Shown in pieces: positions 38,850 through 51,781 of a stretch of DNA of 64,000 nucleotides. Every line of letters starts with the position of its first letter. The first letter of the stretch is position 1. The position numbers and the translations under genes are program-made. The notes below the pieces were generated by a model, which saw nothing but the letters and a program-made list of their open reading frames with translations, did not search any database and was not told the origin of the DNA. Source of the DNA: Octopus vulgaris (Eukaryota); contig OX597831.1 of assembly GCA_951406725.2 (NCBI GenBank), positions 62,124,001 through 62,188,000 on the forward strand. The letters run 5' to 3'.

Positions 38850-41250
38850 AATGAAAGTCACATAAAATAATAGAAATGTAAATTAAGCTTCTTCATCTTC
38901 ATTTGCTGATGTAATGTTTCACAAAGTAGTTTCTGGACACATTTAATTTCATGTGTAACTACCAGAAGTGCTCGGGGATTCTCAAGTTGTAGACTCAAGC
39001 TATTGACGGTAACACTTCTAAGCAATACATTTAAATTGAAGAAAAATTTATAAGAGTATCAGTAAATAGATCACCTGGTTCTAGAAATATTTACAACCTA
39101 AATACTGTTCCTTATGAGGGATCGATATTCTTTGAGATATATCCCAATAATTATGTATAAACCAGTGATTTCTTTTTATAAATATAGCAAAGCTGACTTT
39201 GCTCGAGATTCTAGCCCTTTAAATATGTATGTGCCAGATGATAAAAAGGGGATTGTGGCTATAAAAGTAACTCTCCTAGAAGAAGCAGTCAAATTAGTAG
39301 CCTGAATAATTTGAGGCATTGATTTGGTTTACCCGAGGCTACTGCTATTACTTATCAAAAGTTGATGAATTTTCCCCAATAGTATGATGAAGACTTCTAC
39401 TTGTAACAGAAATCGGCTTGTTGGAAGCGCAGGAGGGACCAACGTAGTCAATTCCACAGATTAGTTGACAGCTTTTTAAAGATATGGAACTGAAATCTAT
39501 AAGCGTGCGTGTATTTTTGTTTACTGTTGACAGCGATATTTTTCGTGCAAATAATTTTTTTTGTTGGTGGACCTGAAATATGTGGAGATATTCTTGCAAT
39601 CTTTTCATTGAGAAATGAAATTGATGTGGCTTTTAGAGATGTCTGTAAATCATTATTTTCGTGAAGAGATACCTACCTATTTCTTCATTACCCACAAAGG
39701 GCTAAACATAGAGGGGAAAAACAAGGACAGACAAACGGATTAAGTCGATTACATCTACCCCAGTGCGTAACTGGTACTTTATTTATCGACCCCGAAAGGA
39801 TGAAAGACAAAGTCGACCTCGGCGGAATTTGAACTCAGAACGTAACGGCAGACGAAATACCGCTAAGCATTTCGCCCGGCGTGCTAAAGTTTCTGCCAGC
39901 TCGCCTCCTTAAACATACCTACCGTCACCATGTTCCAATAAATATTTACCAAATTCTTCTCATAAATCATTGCCCTAAAGGGCGGCTCCCATATTCTTAG
40001 TCAAAGCTGAGTTTTATTACTTATTATTACTACTAAGATGACGTCAAGCAAGTTATTGTCTCCTCTGCTTTAATGTCCTTGAAAATTACTCCAGTTCTAA
40101 CTAAAGAGATCTGAGAGTACATTGGTAACACATTCGATCAATAGTTCTAAATTTGTGAAGTCTTTTAATGCATCCAAAAACATTTGTTTGCCATTCAAAC
40201 CATGAGTTAACACATTTTTAGTACTAATGCCATTCCCGATATTTTGCTAATATTATAAGCTGGTGTAAATTCGCTTGCTAAATTCAAGGACAACTTGAGA
40301 GCAGGTTTGAATGTGTTTCCTACTGAAAGGAATATCAGAATATCAGAAGAAGCATCAACCAAAGTTATTTTGCTCTTTGTCGCACTTTGGGTAGTAACAT
40401 CTCATTAACAAAAGTTGTTCCAATTTCTGCAGGACATGAAAGAAAAAAAAACTCGATAAAAAGATGTTTCGAGTATAGCATTGCCAGGAACAATTTGATT
40501 ATCTTTTCATTATCATAACTTGAGAGGCCTTCCATGTTCGCGGAGGTTGCTTTAATAACTCTATTGTTAAGCTGGCAAAATTCAGAAGCTTTGTTATGCG
40601 GAGATCGACACGAGGCAATTCTTTCCCTTCCATAGAATCGTGTTGCAATTAATGCTGCATTGTAGATTTTCATTACTACATCATATTTCCCCATCAGGGT
40701 TTGCAAGTGAATCGTTGTTTGTAATCTTCCGAAAGATAATCTCTACAATTTAGCCATAATCGATAACTAAATCACAGTCTTTTTCATTACTATAGCATAC
40801 GGTGATCTCGAGTTTCTTGTGAAAAAGACAAAACCCTATGACACGGCTGTCATCGAATGACTATCATATTAATCTAAAAGTTGCTTCTCTATGTGAAAGC
40901 GGCCATCAGTGTTTCGAAGTTGAAGAAATAATACGGGGGCGCGGATCTCCTGAAAAAGCAGCTTTAATCAAAAACATACTTGATGAGTTTGAGTGAATAG
41001 TATAAAGTCTTTTAAGAATATTGTGAATTCGTATATATAGAAATCTCTCAACATCAGTCCTTCTTTTTCTACGATTTCAATGTATATTGTTATTTATATA
41101 ATTGTTAGTAGCTCAACGTTTTAGCGACACAATCATTCGGATAAATTTGAAAAATGCTTCTAATTTAGTTTTCCCTTGAACCATGGGTTGCTGAGCAGCA
41201 GTTTCTGTTGTACAATATATTTTTTGTCCATTGTCGAAATAACTGGACAG
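38850..41250 (-). pseudogene. Highly decayed hAT-like transposase
   Basis: Weak minus-strand matches in hAT order: LSF...LMGKYDVVMK (cf. LAFRG...LLAKYDPVL), AYNN*QNIG (cf. GQAYDNAANMSG) and KLNVSRNYF (cf. KLKLIKNYL). Confidence 0.4.
39676..39911 (-). mobile_element. SINE family B, full length
   Basis: Best-preserved copy; atacctacc occurs on both flanks. Confidence 0.9.
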
Positions 41251-41919
41251 TCGTTGTACTAGGGAATATTGTTCAGAAATCAAGAAATTGCGTCATTGCT
41301 ACAAATATACCACCCCATTCATATCGAACTCTCTCCTTCATCTTGAAGTCACTTTTGTAACTAAGCAAGCATTTCAACATCAGAACTCGTGTTAACATAC
41401 CAATAAATATACTTCATTGACTTTATGGGATTTCAGTATCTTACATACATGGTGTCATTAGATGTCTTATGCAAATAAGTCACTACCAATTGGCTACGTG
41501 TTATTTATATGATATTTATATGATAGGTACCTATCGCCAGCTGCTTATTGTCCCTTAATGAAATTCTTGGGATAATGCCTTGCACACCTATCGTGCTTGG
41601 AAAGCGCGATTCGGTTGAGATGACAGCTTGAACCCACGTTCCATTGTAAGGTTCCATAAATCCCTTAGTATTTTCTTCAAAAGCCTCATCAATAGGCCTC
41701 TTTCATACTATTCAGGGGTGTACATGTAACATGTACCACCTGAAAAACGTGTGGTCTAGATATAAAGTTGATCAATTAGGATCAACACTCACCGGTGAAA
41801 TTTCCACTTATTTCTTATTTTTATTTTCCTAACATTTTCTTGACTCTCCCCAGACACAACAGAATATGCTTCAACACACGAACTCACATAAAGAATCTTG
41901 CAAACCAAAGCCAAAAACG

Positions 41920-41965
<46 letters not shown>

Positions 41966-41994
41966 ATATATATCTATATATCTATCTATCTATC

Positions 41995-42035
<41 letters not shown>

Positions 42036-42040
42036 ATATA

Positions 42041-42152
42041 TTGGCCTGCTCGCTTAGCCAGCGGGGTGGTGTCATTCGAAGGCTAAAACAATGCGAACGC
42101 ATTGTGACCAGCGATGTGTAACTACATCTGATGGACTGGTCGGTCACGTGAT

Positions 42153-42157
<5 letters not shown>
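42041..42157 (+). mobile_element. Isolated 3' tail (type 3) of SINE family A inside (TA)n
   Basis: ttggcctgctcgcttagccagcgggg...gcattgtgacca...ggtcggtcacgtgat matches the tail of 61591-61896. Confidence 0.85.
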
Positions 42158-42188
<31 letters not shown>

Positions 42189-42192
42189 AAAT

Positions 42193-42348
42193 ACAAAGTG
42201 GGACAAGAACGCAAAACATCCGGACAACTAGGTGATAAAAAAGGGACAACAAAACATCCAGATAGACGATACAAAAAAAAAACAAGGACGGGTCATTCGA
42301 AGCCTTTTATCTTGAGTCAAGAACCTCGCAATTTCGGCTGATTAATCT
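42193..42348 (+). mobile_element. Partial copy of the 11275 repeat family
   Basis: gggacaagaacgcaaaacatcc...gcaatttcggctg. Confidence 0.75.
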
Positions 42349-42360
42349 TATATATATATA

Positions 42361-42671
42361 AATCGCATCACATAACGACAATACGGCACAACTATTTCAC
42401 CTCAATTGGACCCGCTCTCTTCAACATTACACCAGGACACGTCAAAAAAGAAACTGACCACACAAAATTCAAGAAGTCTTTGGACAAATTCCTTCAAACA
42501 GTACCGGACAAACCATCCACACCCGGATATGTCTCCGCAAACAATAACTCTCTGCTCGAATGGGCCTTGGTGCCCAAATCCTGAACTGAAAGACTTCGCC
42601 AGGTGGTGCTATTAAGTTAGACATGGCCTGGGCCAATACTGGCCAAAAACCTTTCTAAGTTATTCTAAGTT
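42361..42671 (+). mobile_element. 3' end of a CR1/L2-group LINE, 5'-truncated, inside (TA)n
   Basis: Open C-terminus SHHITTIRHNYFTSIGPALFNITP...FKKSLDKFLQTVPDKPSTPGY...NNSLLEW, a short 3' UTR and a (ttctaagtt) terminal repeat. Confidence 0.8.
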
Positions 42672-44647
42672 ATATATATAAATATATACATATAACTTGA
42701 TATTTCTTAGTGTATGTTATACATGTGATGTGGTATCTATCTACATGGATATAGGTCTGTGTCTACGCTTGAGTGTGTAGTGTAATATATGTATATGCTT
42801 GTGTATTTTTAATTTTGATTGATGTATATGATTCGGTGTTTGCGCGCATGTTCGTGTAGTTTAGAGTCTGTAATACACCAGGAGATGTATTTATACATGT
42901 CATTTTCTTCTTTGTATATGCTTGTTTCTGTATGTTGTTTGTGAATGGGTTATTCCATTGATTTCCCTTAACGTCTTTTTATCTAAGTCTTTCCCCACCG
43001 ATTGCATTTATTAAACTTCGGCTTCCCCTCGAAGTACCTGACACACTAACTTTCACTTTCTTTACCGAACGACTTTCTTTCGTTATAACCTCTTACTTCA
43101 TCTTTATTCTTGCACATTCATCTTATGTGTTACATAAACTGAGGTGGACTGAAAATTTCTATTAGATGGCAGTGATTATATTTTCAATGACGTGTTGTGA
43201 GAATCCTCAATGAATTGAAATTTGTTCTTTAATTCTGGAGAGGAAACATTAACTTAGCGTCAATGTTTTAGAAACTCTAAAAGTAAAATAATTGTCATTC
43301 TAACAAATTCAGAAATAATTTTAAAAGCTAAAAAATTCCATTTTTAAAATTAGTGAGAAATTTATCACCGTTAGCAGTCATATTGACTGTTACACATGTG
43401 TTTATTGCTTTATAAGAAATATTCTTCAGAGATTATATATTTCATGCTTGCTATATAAGCGGGCGTGGAGATACATAAGTTTGGAAATAGGAAGTTACGA
43501 ATAATTTTGTTGAATGTTAATTTATTTACTTATGAAAAACGAACAGAGGAAATAATTCAGGTGTGCTAATTATATGAACAGAGATAAACTATTTCGGTGC
43601 CAATGTACTGAATTTCGGGCGCCAAAAATACTGACAGATTCTGAAATTTTCGCTTTAGTTGGAGAAACGAAGCTAAATCCTTTTCGCAATGGTTACTGAC
43701 TCTCAATAAAATATGTATAATTTAAGATAACCTCATTAATCATTATGTATTGGGGAATATCTTATGTTCTGCTTCTCCAACGATAAGGGAGCTAATAAGA
43801 ACAAAAGAGCCCTGTATTTGTCACTGAGACTACGATGAAATATTCCGCTAGGCAAAGCAACTGATATTTTTTATTGTTTACATTCTTGCGAACGTCGTTC
43901 AGTAGACGAAATAGTCATTTCTCTTTTTTCCTTACTGCCAAATTGGTTCTATCCATTTCTTTATTCATGGTCATATTTACATATTCATGAGAACAATTGG
44001 CATGAACCGAACATTCTATATAATCTCAAATTTTCTTGTGTCAGTTATGGTTTTCTATAGCTCCTTCTCGCAACTGTTCCTTCCACCTTAAGCCTGTTAC
44101 ATTCTTCTGCCATTCATTTATTTATACAAAGGTTTATTTTTTTCTCTCTCTCTCTGCATATTTATTACATGCTGAGCAAGTATCGAATTTTTTGTTGGCA
44201 TACTCAGTTAAGAAAAAAATAGGCCTATTCATCTTTAAACGATTTCATACTTAAAACCTCCAATAATGTACAGATGATAACTGCATTTATATTAATAAAT
44301 CTATCTAGTCTCACGCCATATGCCATCTATAGCCTCCTCCCATCATGTGTAGACGCCGAAGACAGAAATGAGACAATGAGAACCTGTGCCTCACATGAAA
44401 GAATGCATCTAAAATATCCCCATTTGGTTAGCTATACCCTTCTCTTACATAAAAGAGAGAACCCGAAAATGACGTGCGATTTTCATGAAGTTATAACGAA
44501 TATTACTGACCTAATACATTTTTGGAATAAAACCGATTTAGCACATCAAATCTCAAGGAATTTATCATCCATTACATTACGGAACTAAAACTGAGCAATA
44601 TTTCCATGTACACACACACATACATATATATATACATACATACGTAC

Positions 44648-44686
<39 letters not shown>

Positions 44687-44738
44687 TACACACACACTTA
44701 CATAAAAGCATCTTTCTCTCTCTATCTAACCATCTATT

Positions 44739-44837
<99 letters not shown>

Positions 44838-44950
44838 ATGTATAGGTATATATATGAAATGTATGTAAATATATTAGACGAAATGGGACGACAAATCCAA
44901 GGATGTGAGTAGTTTTCAGGACATTTATAAGGAAAAAGGTATCGATATAG

Positions 44951-44996
44951 CCTGACAGCTGTTTCTGGGATGTTATGGATATCCCTTCATCAGAGA
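44951..44996 (-). ncRNA. Minimal type I hammerhead ribozyme in a Penelope-like remnant
   Basis: Minus strand: tct CTGATGA a gggatat ccata acatccc a GAAA cagctg TC agg. Palindromic ACAGCUGU stem III, GUC site, short stem I. Confidence 0.72.
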
Positions 44997-45422
44997 TGAT
45001 GTGAGATGGCTAAATAGAAGTAAATATTTGAGTTCGAAATAAGGAATTATATGAAAAGGAGGAGATAGGGAATATAGAGGGGGAAAAAGATAATGAATGT
45101 AGAAATAAAATATATTAAGATATTGTAGGTGCAGTTCCATTATTCGAGGAAATGGTTTATAGAAAGGGTAAAAAAGTTTCCTGCACATGGTATCTAAGTT
45201 CCATTAGTAGGTGGGGTTTAGTCATTTCAGATTATGGAGCCGTGGATTCTGTGTTGCTCTTTCAAAAGGGTCTGCTGGTGTGAATGAAAATTTGAGAATT
45301 ACAGAATATATATATAAATATAAATATAGAATATATATACATATATTAATTATAATAAAGGGTAAAAATCGTTGTTGATTTTACCAAGGAATCAGCACGA
45401 AGTGTATGTACATAATTATTAT

Positions 45423-45565
<143 letters not shown>

Positions 45566-45581
45566 CTATATCTATCTATCT

Positions 45582-45998
45582 ATGGCTATGAGGTACGAAG
45601 CTTACTTCCCAACCTCATGATCCTTGGTTTAGTCCCACTGCGTGACACTTTGTGTAAGTGTCATATACTATAGTCTCGGCCCGACCGAACCATCGTGGAC
45701 GGATTTGGTACACGGAAACAGAAATAAGCGCATCGTATATACATATATGTGAGTGCGTTTGTATATGTGTGTGTGCGCGCGTGTGTGCCTTTGTTTTCGT
45801 TTTTGTCGCCTACCACTGCTTGACAAGGCAGTACTCGTCAGTTAATGTCCCTATCACTCACCGGGTGAGCAAACGTGACCGATAAAATAAGTACAAGGCT
45901 TTAAAAAACGCCTGGGACCGATTCATTCGACTATAACCGTTCAAGGTTGTGCTCAAGCATGGCCATAGTCAAATGACTGAAACAAGTATAAGATAAAA
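45582..45998 (+). mobile_element. SINE family C
   Basis: tagtcccactgcgtgacactttg...ggatttggtacacggaaac, an internal (TG)n, and tail gcatggccatagtcaaatgactgaaacaagtataag. Confidence 0.82.
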
Positions 45999-46786
45999 GT
46001 TAGTAAGACTTATAAATATATATTACTATTCATTCAATATTGTGTGTTACTGGAAGCTAGTGTACGCATGTCCACACACGTTCATATTTGCTCCATAGAA
46101 TTTGTTTAAATACAGAGTAAATATTAGACTAGTAAATCGTAGCTAAAACTTCTAGTATCATGAGAGAAATTGAGGAGTGTTGCAGAGATTTTAATAGCGT
46201 TAGTTCGTCTCTTATTTCTAGTTTCATTCCAGTCGTCTAATACATCTATATTAAAATATGCTTAGGCAACTATTAAGCTGACAGAAAGCTTACAGAGTAC
46301 TAGAATCGTTAATGAAGCAGAAAATTTGCCCCGTATCTAATGACGTATTACTAGTTGTTGTGTTGAGAATATGATGAGGTTGCATACTATTTCACTTTAG
46401 CTTTGATGTACATTAATTAATCTGTAATAATCGAATCAACTATAAGCACATCCACAAATATGTAATGTTGCAAATCTGCCAAAAGTTACGGTTTAGTAGA
46501 TTTGGAGGTAATAGCGAAGAAGATGGTTTCTGGCATTAACTTGATTACTTTCATGTAATAATTTTAAATCCCAAAGGTTTTGAGTTTGCATTACATCAGA
46601 CTGAGGGCGCTTAAAAAATATCTGACACGTATTGGAGAAATTGCAGCCATATGTTTTATGCTTTTTTTTTTTTTTAAATTTATAAATTTGACCGATTTGC
46701 ATAATCAGTACAAGGCGAAATATGGTTTGGTAGACTGAACGAATTGTTGCGTAACAAGTAATACCATCAAACATTTCGTGCCGCTG

Positions 46787-46970
46787 GTTTAGCCACTACA
46801 CACATTTTTTCTCTCCTTGTTTCTCTCCTTGTTTTTTCCGTGTCCCTTCCTGTAGACGAGCGTAAGCTCGAAATATAATATACTTTTTCTATTCCTGAGC
46901 ATTACACTAATATATCTGTTTGTTTTGTACACCACCTGTCTTCGTCATTTGTTTTTTCGTAAACTCTCCC
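46787..46970 (+). mobile_element. Second copy of the 16180 repeat family
   Basis: Colinear match to 16180-16370, followed by (TA)n. Confidence 0.75.
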
Positions 46971-46992
46971 TATATATATATATATATATATG

Positions 46993-47034
<42 letters not shown>

Positions 47035-47249
47035 ATGAATACACGTGCATATGACGAGTGCCTTGCAGGGAGAAGTATTTCCCCCTTTCGTAAATACTTA
47101 CCGTAAGAAAAGCGACATCCCTGTTAATACATCATGTAATACCCGTGCACATACAAGCATATATACATGTCACTCTAATAAAAGCATAATTGCGTTTAGA
47201 AGTTTAGAGTTGTGAAGAAAGTGTCGATTCCAAAATACATCGTGTTACA

Positions 47250-47309
<60 letters not shown>

Positions 47310-47312
<3 letters not shown>

Positions 47313-47561
47313 GTATTTAGGAATGGTCATTTTGCCAGTTTAGCCAAATAAAAACACATGCACTATATATTTGGTGTTACTTTGCTTCAGCGTTATTTAT
47401 TTTTCATATTAATCTTAATCTTATTTCGGCCAGAGTTCTTTCGTTACACTCCTGTGACAGCATCAGTGGTCATTTGCTTTCTTCTTTCTTATTTGTGTGT
47501 CCCTCCTTTTTTTCTCTTTGTTTATGGCTATACTGCCAAATTGACCATTCCTAAATACAAC
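47310..47561. mobile_element. Repeat with 37-bp inverted ends and a degenerate hammerhead (47428-47471, minus strand)
   Basis: Ends gtcgtatttaggaatggtcattttgccagtttagcca and tggctatactgccaaattgaccattcctaaatacaac. Minus strand reads gacca CTGATGC t gtcaca ggag tgtaac GAAA gaac TC tggcc. Confidence 0.7.
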
Positions 47562-47604
47562 AATATCTGTTTCAACACACGATTTCCCATAAAAAATCTT
47601 GCAA

Positions 47605-47636
<32 letters not shown>

Positions 47637-48169
47637 CAAATTGAGATAGGGGTTGTAAATGCACTGATTTGTTCTGGTTTTTTATGTTTAACCCTAGAGT
47701 CTCTTATGTGGTGCTTTAATAAAGTATGTGATTGAGTATTATCTGGTAATTGATATTTGATGTAGATGTATTTCTCCATTTTCTTATCGTGTATATATAT
47801 ATATATATATACAGATAAAGTGTAAAATATAATTAATTTAATAAAATCAATAAATTTCATCAAGTAGTTTTTCGGTATGGAAAAGAACCATATTCGGTAA
47901 AATTATATATAATTATAACAATGAGACCCTCATTGTTATAATTATATATATATATTTATATATGTGTATGTGTGTGTGTACAAACTCAGGCAACCATATA
48001 TATGTATATACATATGTATACAAATATGTAAATAAATAAATATATATATGTGTGTGTATGTGTGTGTGTGTGTGTGTGTGTACGCGTGCCTACATATCTC
48101 TGCGTGCTCGTGATGACGACACTTCTCTGTTTTGTTTTCTTGCGTTTGCATTTGTGTACCATTTCTCTG

Positions 48170-48417
48170 TTTTTTTCCCATCCTTGTTTTCGTATACATT
48201 CGCTGCTTTCTTCCAAGGAATCTAATGCTCTTAGCTTAGTTTTTCCTTTGGGCTGGCCAGATTGGACCAATCCCGAGTATAACCAACCGAAATTGCAAAA
48301 CTATTCTGTAACTCGACTGAGGAAAGAAAACTTCGAATGACCCATCTGTGTTTTTTCTACTCCCCTTTTTTGCATCATCCGTCTGGATGTTTTGTTCTCT
48401 TGTCCCATTATTTGCAT
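48170..48417 (-). mobile_element. Copy of the 11275 repeat family without the inversion
   Basis: cttgttttcgtatacattcgctgc...cgaaattgcaaa...gactgaggaaagaaaac...ctggatgttttg...cttgtccc. Confidence 0.78.
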
Positions 48418-48431
48418 TCCTTTATATATAT

Positions 48432-49110
48432 ATGAAAAAGAAGGATGAAAATACTACTTTCTGAAAATTAGGTACATATGAATATTTCTATATAAATACA
48501 TTAAAAGAAAGATGTTTTTGTTTTGCATGTTTCGGTTGTTGGAAAACCTTTTCAAAAATATGTACTAAAATGGAATATGCAGAGAAAAAAGTTATTAATG
48601 AAATTATTGAAGTATACGTTCATAGTGTACATTCTGTTTTCCTGTAAGAGCACGTGATAGTTTCCTTTAATTTTCGTGCCAATACTACTAGCACTGTCTG
48701 TGAGGGAAAATTACTATGCAGATATGCATGTTATTCATAAGAAATAAAGACAAGGGACAATTTCAGCAAAAACACCCAAAGGGGATAACTTTACCACAAC
48801 GACTATTATTATAACTGCTGCTAGTTATTCGACTGCTCCAACGACAGTCTTCACAACTCTAATTAATTTACCATCACAGACGGTAGTAATTTGCCATCAC
48901 AGAGAGCGCCACTGGTAATGCCGCGAAAATTAAAGGAAATTACCACGTGTACTTGCATGAAAAAAGAAAGTACACTATGAACGTTTATTTTAATAATTTT
49001 AATAATTCTATTAATAAATTTTTCCCTACATAATTCCATTTTATTACATATAAAGAAATTCAAATGTACCTAACTTTTTAAAAAGTAGCATTTTCGTCCT
49101 TTTTATTCAT
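48432..49110. repeat. Large degenerate inverted repeat (arms ~48432-48718 and ~48882-49110)
   Basis: Blocks such as acgttcatagtgtac and tttcctttaattttcg recur as reverse complements (gtacactatgaacgt and cgaaaattaaaggaaa). Confidence 0.8.
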
Positions 49111-49140
49111 AAATATCTACTTACTCGTGTGTTACCTCTA

Positions 49141-49175
<35 letters not shown>

Positions 49176-49218
49176 CTAAGAATAAGGGTGTCTGAGAGAC
49201 ACCACCATGCCGAAATAC

Positions 49219-49604
49219 CAGTCAAATCCCTGACTCTAAGAACCACCTTAAATGTTCATATCGCACCATGAGATAAGATAGAGGGTCAAAATAAACTAGC
49301 AAAAAGATATTACTGAATAATTCAAGATCCTGGATTTCTAGCTTTGCTTCAAATAAGCTCTGCCTTCATCAGTTGAATATATCAGATGGGCACATAAATG
49401 CATATATATATATATAGAACAAACGTTATACTTACATATACGAACGTCCATACATACATATATATGCACGTATATACAAGGCCAGTTCAAATTGCCCGCC
49501 AAACACCCCATAAGCACGATATGGTCAAAAATAAACACCGCAGTGAATATAGTGACGAATTATATAAACATTTAAGGTGGTTCTTAGAGTCAGGGATTTG
49601 ACTG
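49219..49604. mobile_element. (TA)n-embedded element with a perfect 38-bp inverted repeat (49219-49256 and 49567-49604) and an internal hammerhead
   Basis: cagtcaaatccctgactctaagaaccaccttaaatgtt and its exact reverse complement. Confidence 0.85.
49320..49378 (-). ncRNA. Type I hammerhead ribozyme
   Basis: Minus strand: attcaa CTGATGA a ggc agagcttatttgaagcaaa gct a GAAA tccagga TC ttgaat. 6-bp stem I, AUC cleavage site. Confidence 0.75.
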
Positions 49605-49617
49605 ATATATACATATA

Positions 49618-49653
<36 letters not shown>

Positions 49654-49711
49654 TGTATGTATGTATGTATGTATGTATGTATGTATGTATGTATGTATGT
49701 ATATATGTGTG

Positions 49712-49787
<76 letters not shown>

Positions 49788-50280
49788 ACAAACGCATGTG
49801 TATAATGCTTATTATGTTCATGCGTGCATTTGGCAACCGCGATTTATTTATATCTGTGTAAACTTACATTACATAGTGCTTATTCTATGTATAATGCTAG
49901 TATTTATATAAAGTGGTAAAAACACGTCCGCGCGCATTACCATCTTCATGTAGCTGAGTATTAAGGTTATATCAGTAAATCAATCTCCTGAGAGATTAAT
50001 ACTCAAGTTTCAGCTAATATCTTCTGCAGTAAAAGAAAGGACAGAATTAATTCGGTACGTGATACGATAGTCTTTGTATGTCGCATGATTCTCAGTTTTC
50101 ACCGAATATAATTGGATCTGCCGAACAAAATGTAACGCACAGAACACAAGAAAATTGCTCCACTGATAACTCCGTTTCTTAAAGAAAAATTCTATTTCTT
50201 TCACTGTAACACAAAACTCGCATTAGATCTCAATCTAAATACTGAACTTTTCTTCTGCCCCCCCCCCCAATTTTTTTTCA

Positions 50281-50610
50281 TCTATGCAAAATCTTAAAAC
50301 ATTCATTTTATAAAAAAATACATCAAAAGAAATATTTGGTATGGACATAAGTGGCGAAAATATGTAAATGTAAGCACAAGGCGGATGTAACCTGAAGTAC
50401 TTGTAAAAAGTTTCAAAACATCTGGTAACTGCTCTCCGTGTTTGGAATTAAACAGTTTTATCTATGGATAATCTAAAGCATTCATTTTTAAAAGATTCCA
50501 AACCAAGATTTGGAATGGACATGACTGGCGAAACAGTTAGAAGGTAAGTATATACAAAGTGTGCTGAAGTGCTAGTAAGAAGTTTAAAAACATCTGTTAA
50601 TTACTATTTC
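50281..50610. repeat. Degenerate tandem duplication, period ~180 bp
   Basis: cattcatttt...atttgg.atggacat...tggcgaaa...ctgaagt...aaacatctg occurs from 50281 and again from 50461. Confidence 0.7.
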
Positions 50611-51046
50611 AGTCAATATTGTTCATGGCTTATGCAGAGAGTAATCATCTTTGATGAGATAAAAGCAGGTCTATGAATAAGGAGCTTCAAGATTGTCCCG
50701 TAGTGCATGCGTACACGATTTCTTATAAAAACTCACAATATATCATGGGCCGAGCAGGTAAGATTTATTGACTCATGCTCCCATGTCTACTAATATTGAT
50801 TAACGAAAGGTAGCCTTTGCTGGCTACTGTGTGGTACTGAGCACTAGGCCATTATCAAGCGTTATGTTTTGGGGATTCCCACACCACAAAAGATGACGAA
50901 GTCCGTTCAACCTCATAGATGTATTTAAGGCACAGGCATATATGAAACCGGAATTCTACCAGATTCGAAAAGGAAAATTATATGATGTAAATGTAGATTG
51001 TAAATACTATATCGTTATGTCTTGGATCAATATAAGTATGAATCAT

Positions 51047-51270
51047 AAGGCGGCCAGTTGGCAGAATCCTTAACGCGCCGGGTAAAATTGTTAGTGGCAT
51101 TTCGTCCGTCATACGTTCTGAGTTCAAATTCTCCTGAGGTTGACTTTAACTATCATCCTTTCGAGGTCGATAAAATAGTACCATCTGAACACTGAAACAT
51201 AGGTGAGTCGATGTAATTGATTTGCTCATCCACTAGAATTGCTGGCACTTTGTGAGAATTTGAAATAACT
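51047..51270 (+). mobile_element. SINE family B, diverged
   Basis: aaggcggccagttggcagaatcc...tacgttctgagttcaaattc...catcctttcgaggtcgataaaatagtacc. Confidence 0.8.
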
Positions 51271-51712
51271 ATAGGTTTGAATCGTGAAACAGTGTTGGAA
51301 GTGTTTGCATGTTAGTATTCCAAGTAACAACTAATAAAATCTCTTCATAGAAACATCTAAATATTTCAAACGGATAATTAGCTTTGTAAATGTCATAATA
51401 CAAGTTTAGATATAATGCAATATGTAATTGATATCAGATACCCTTGACAAAGAAAGTCACGCAAAGAAAGCTCAATAGCAACAATTACGGTCCTACTACA
51501 GTCCTAACAGAAACACGATCAGTGGCATTAGCAAAAAGTAACCTTTTTGACGAAATTACACTGCAAAGCACCATTAATGGTGCGCCAAAAAGATTTAGTA
51601 AAAATTGTAAAACATACATCCTCTCAGTGTACAGAGCAGACAGAGGAAATAGAAAGTAATATTTTATACATTTTTGTACATATCAATGGATGTGTTTATG
51701 TGTAGGTGTGTG

Positions 51713-51781
<69 letters not shown>

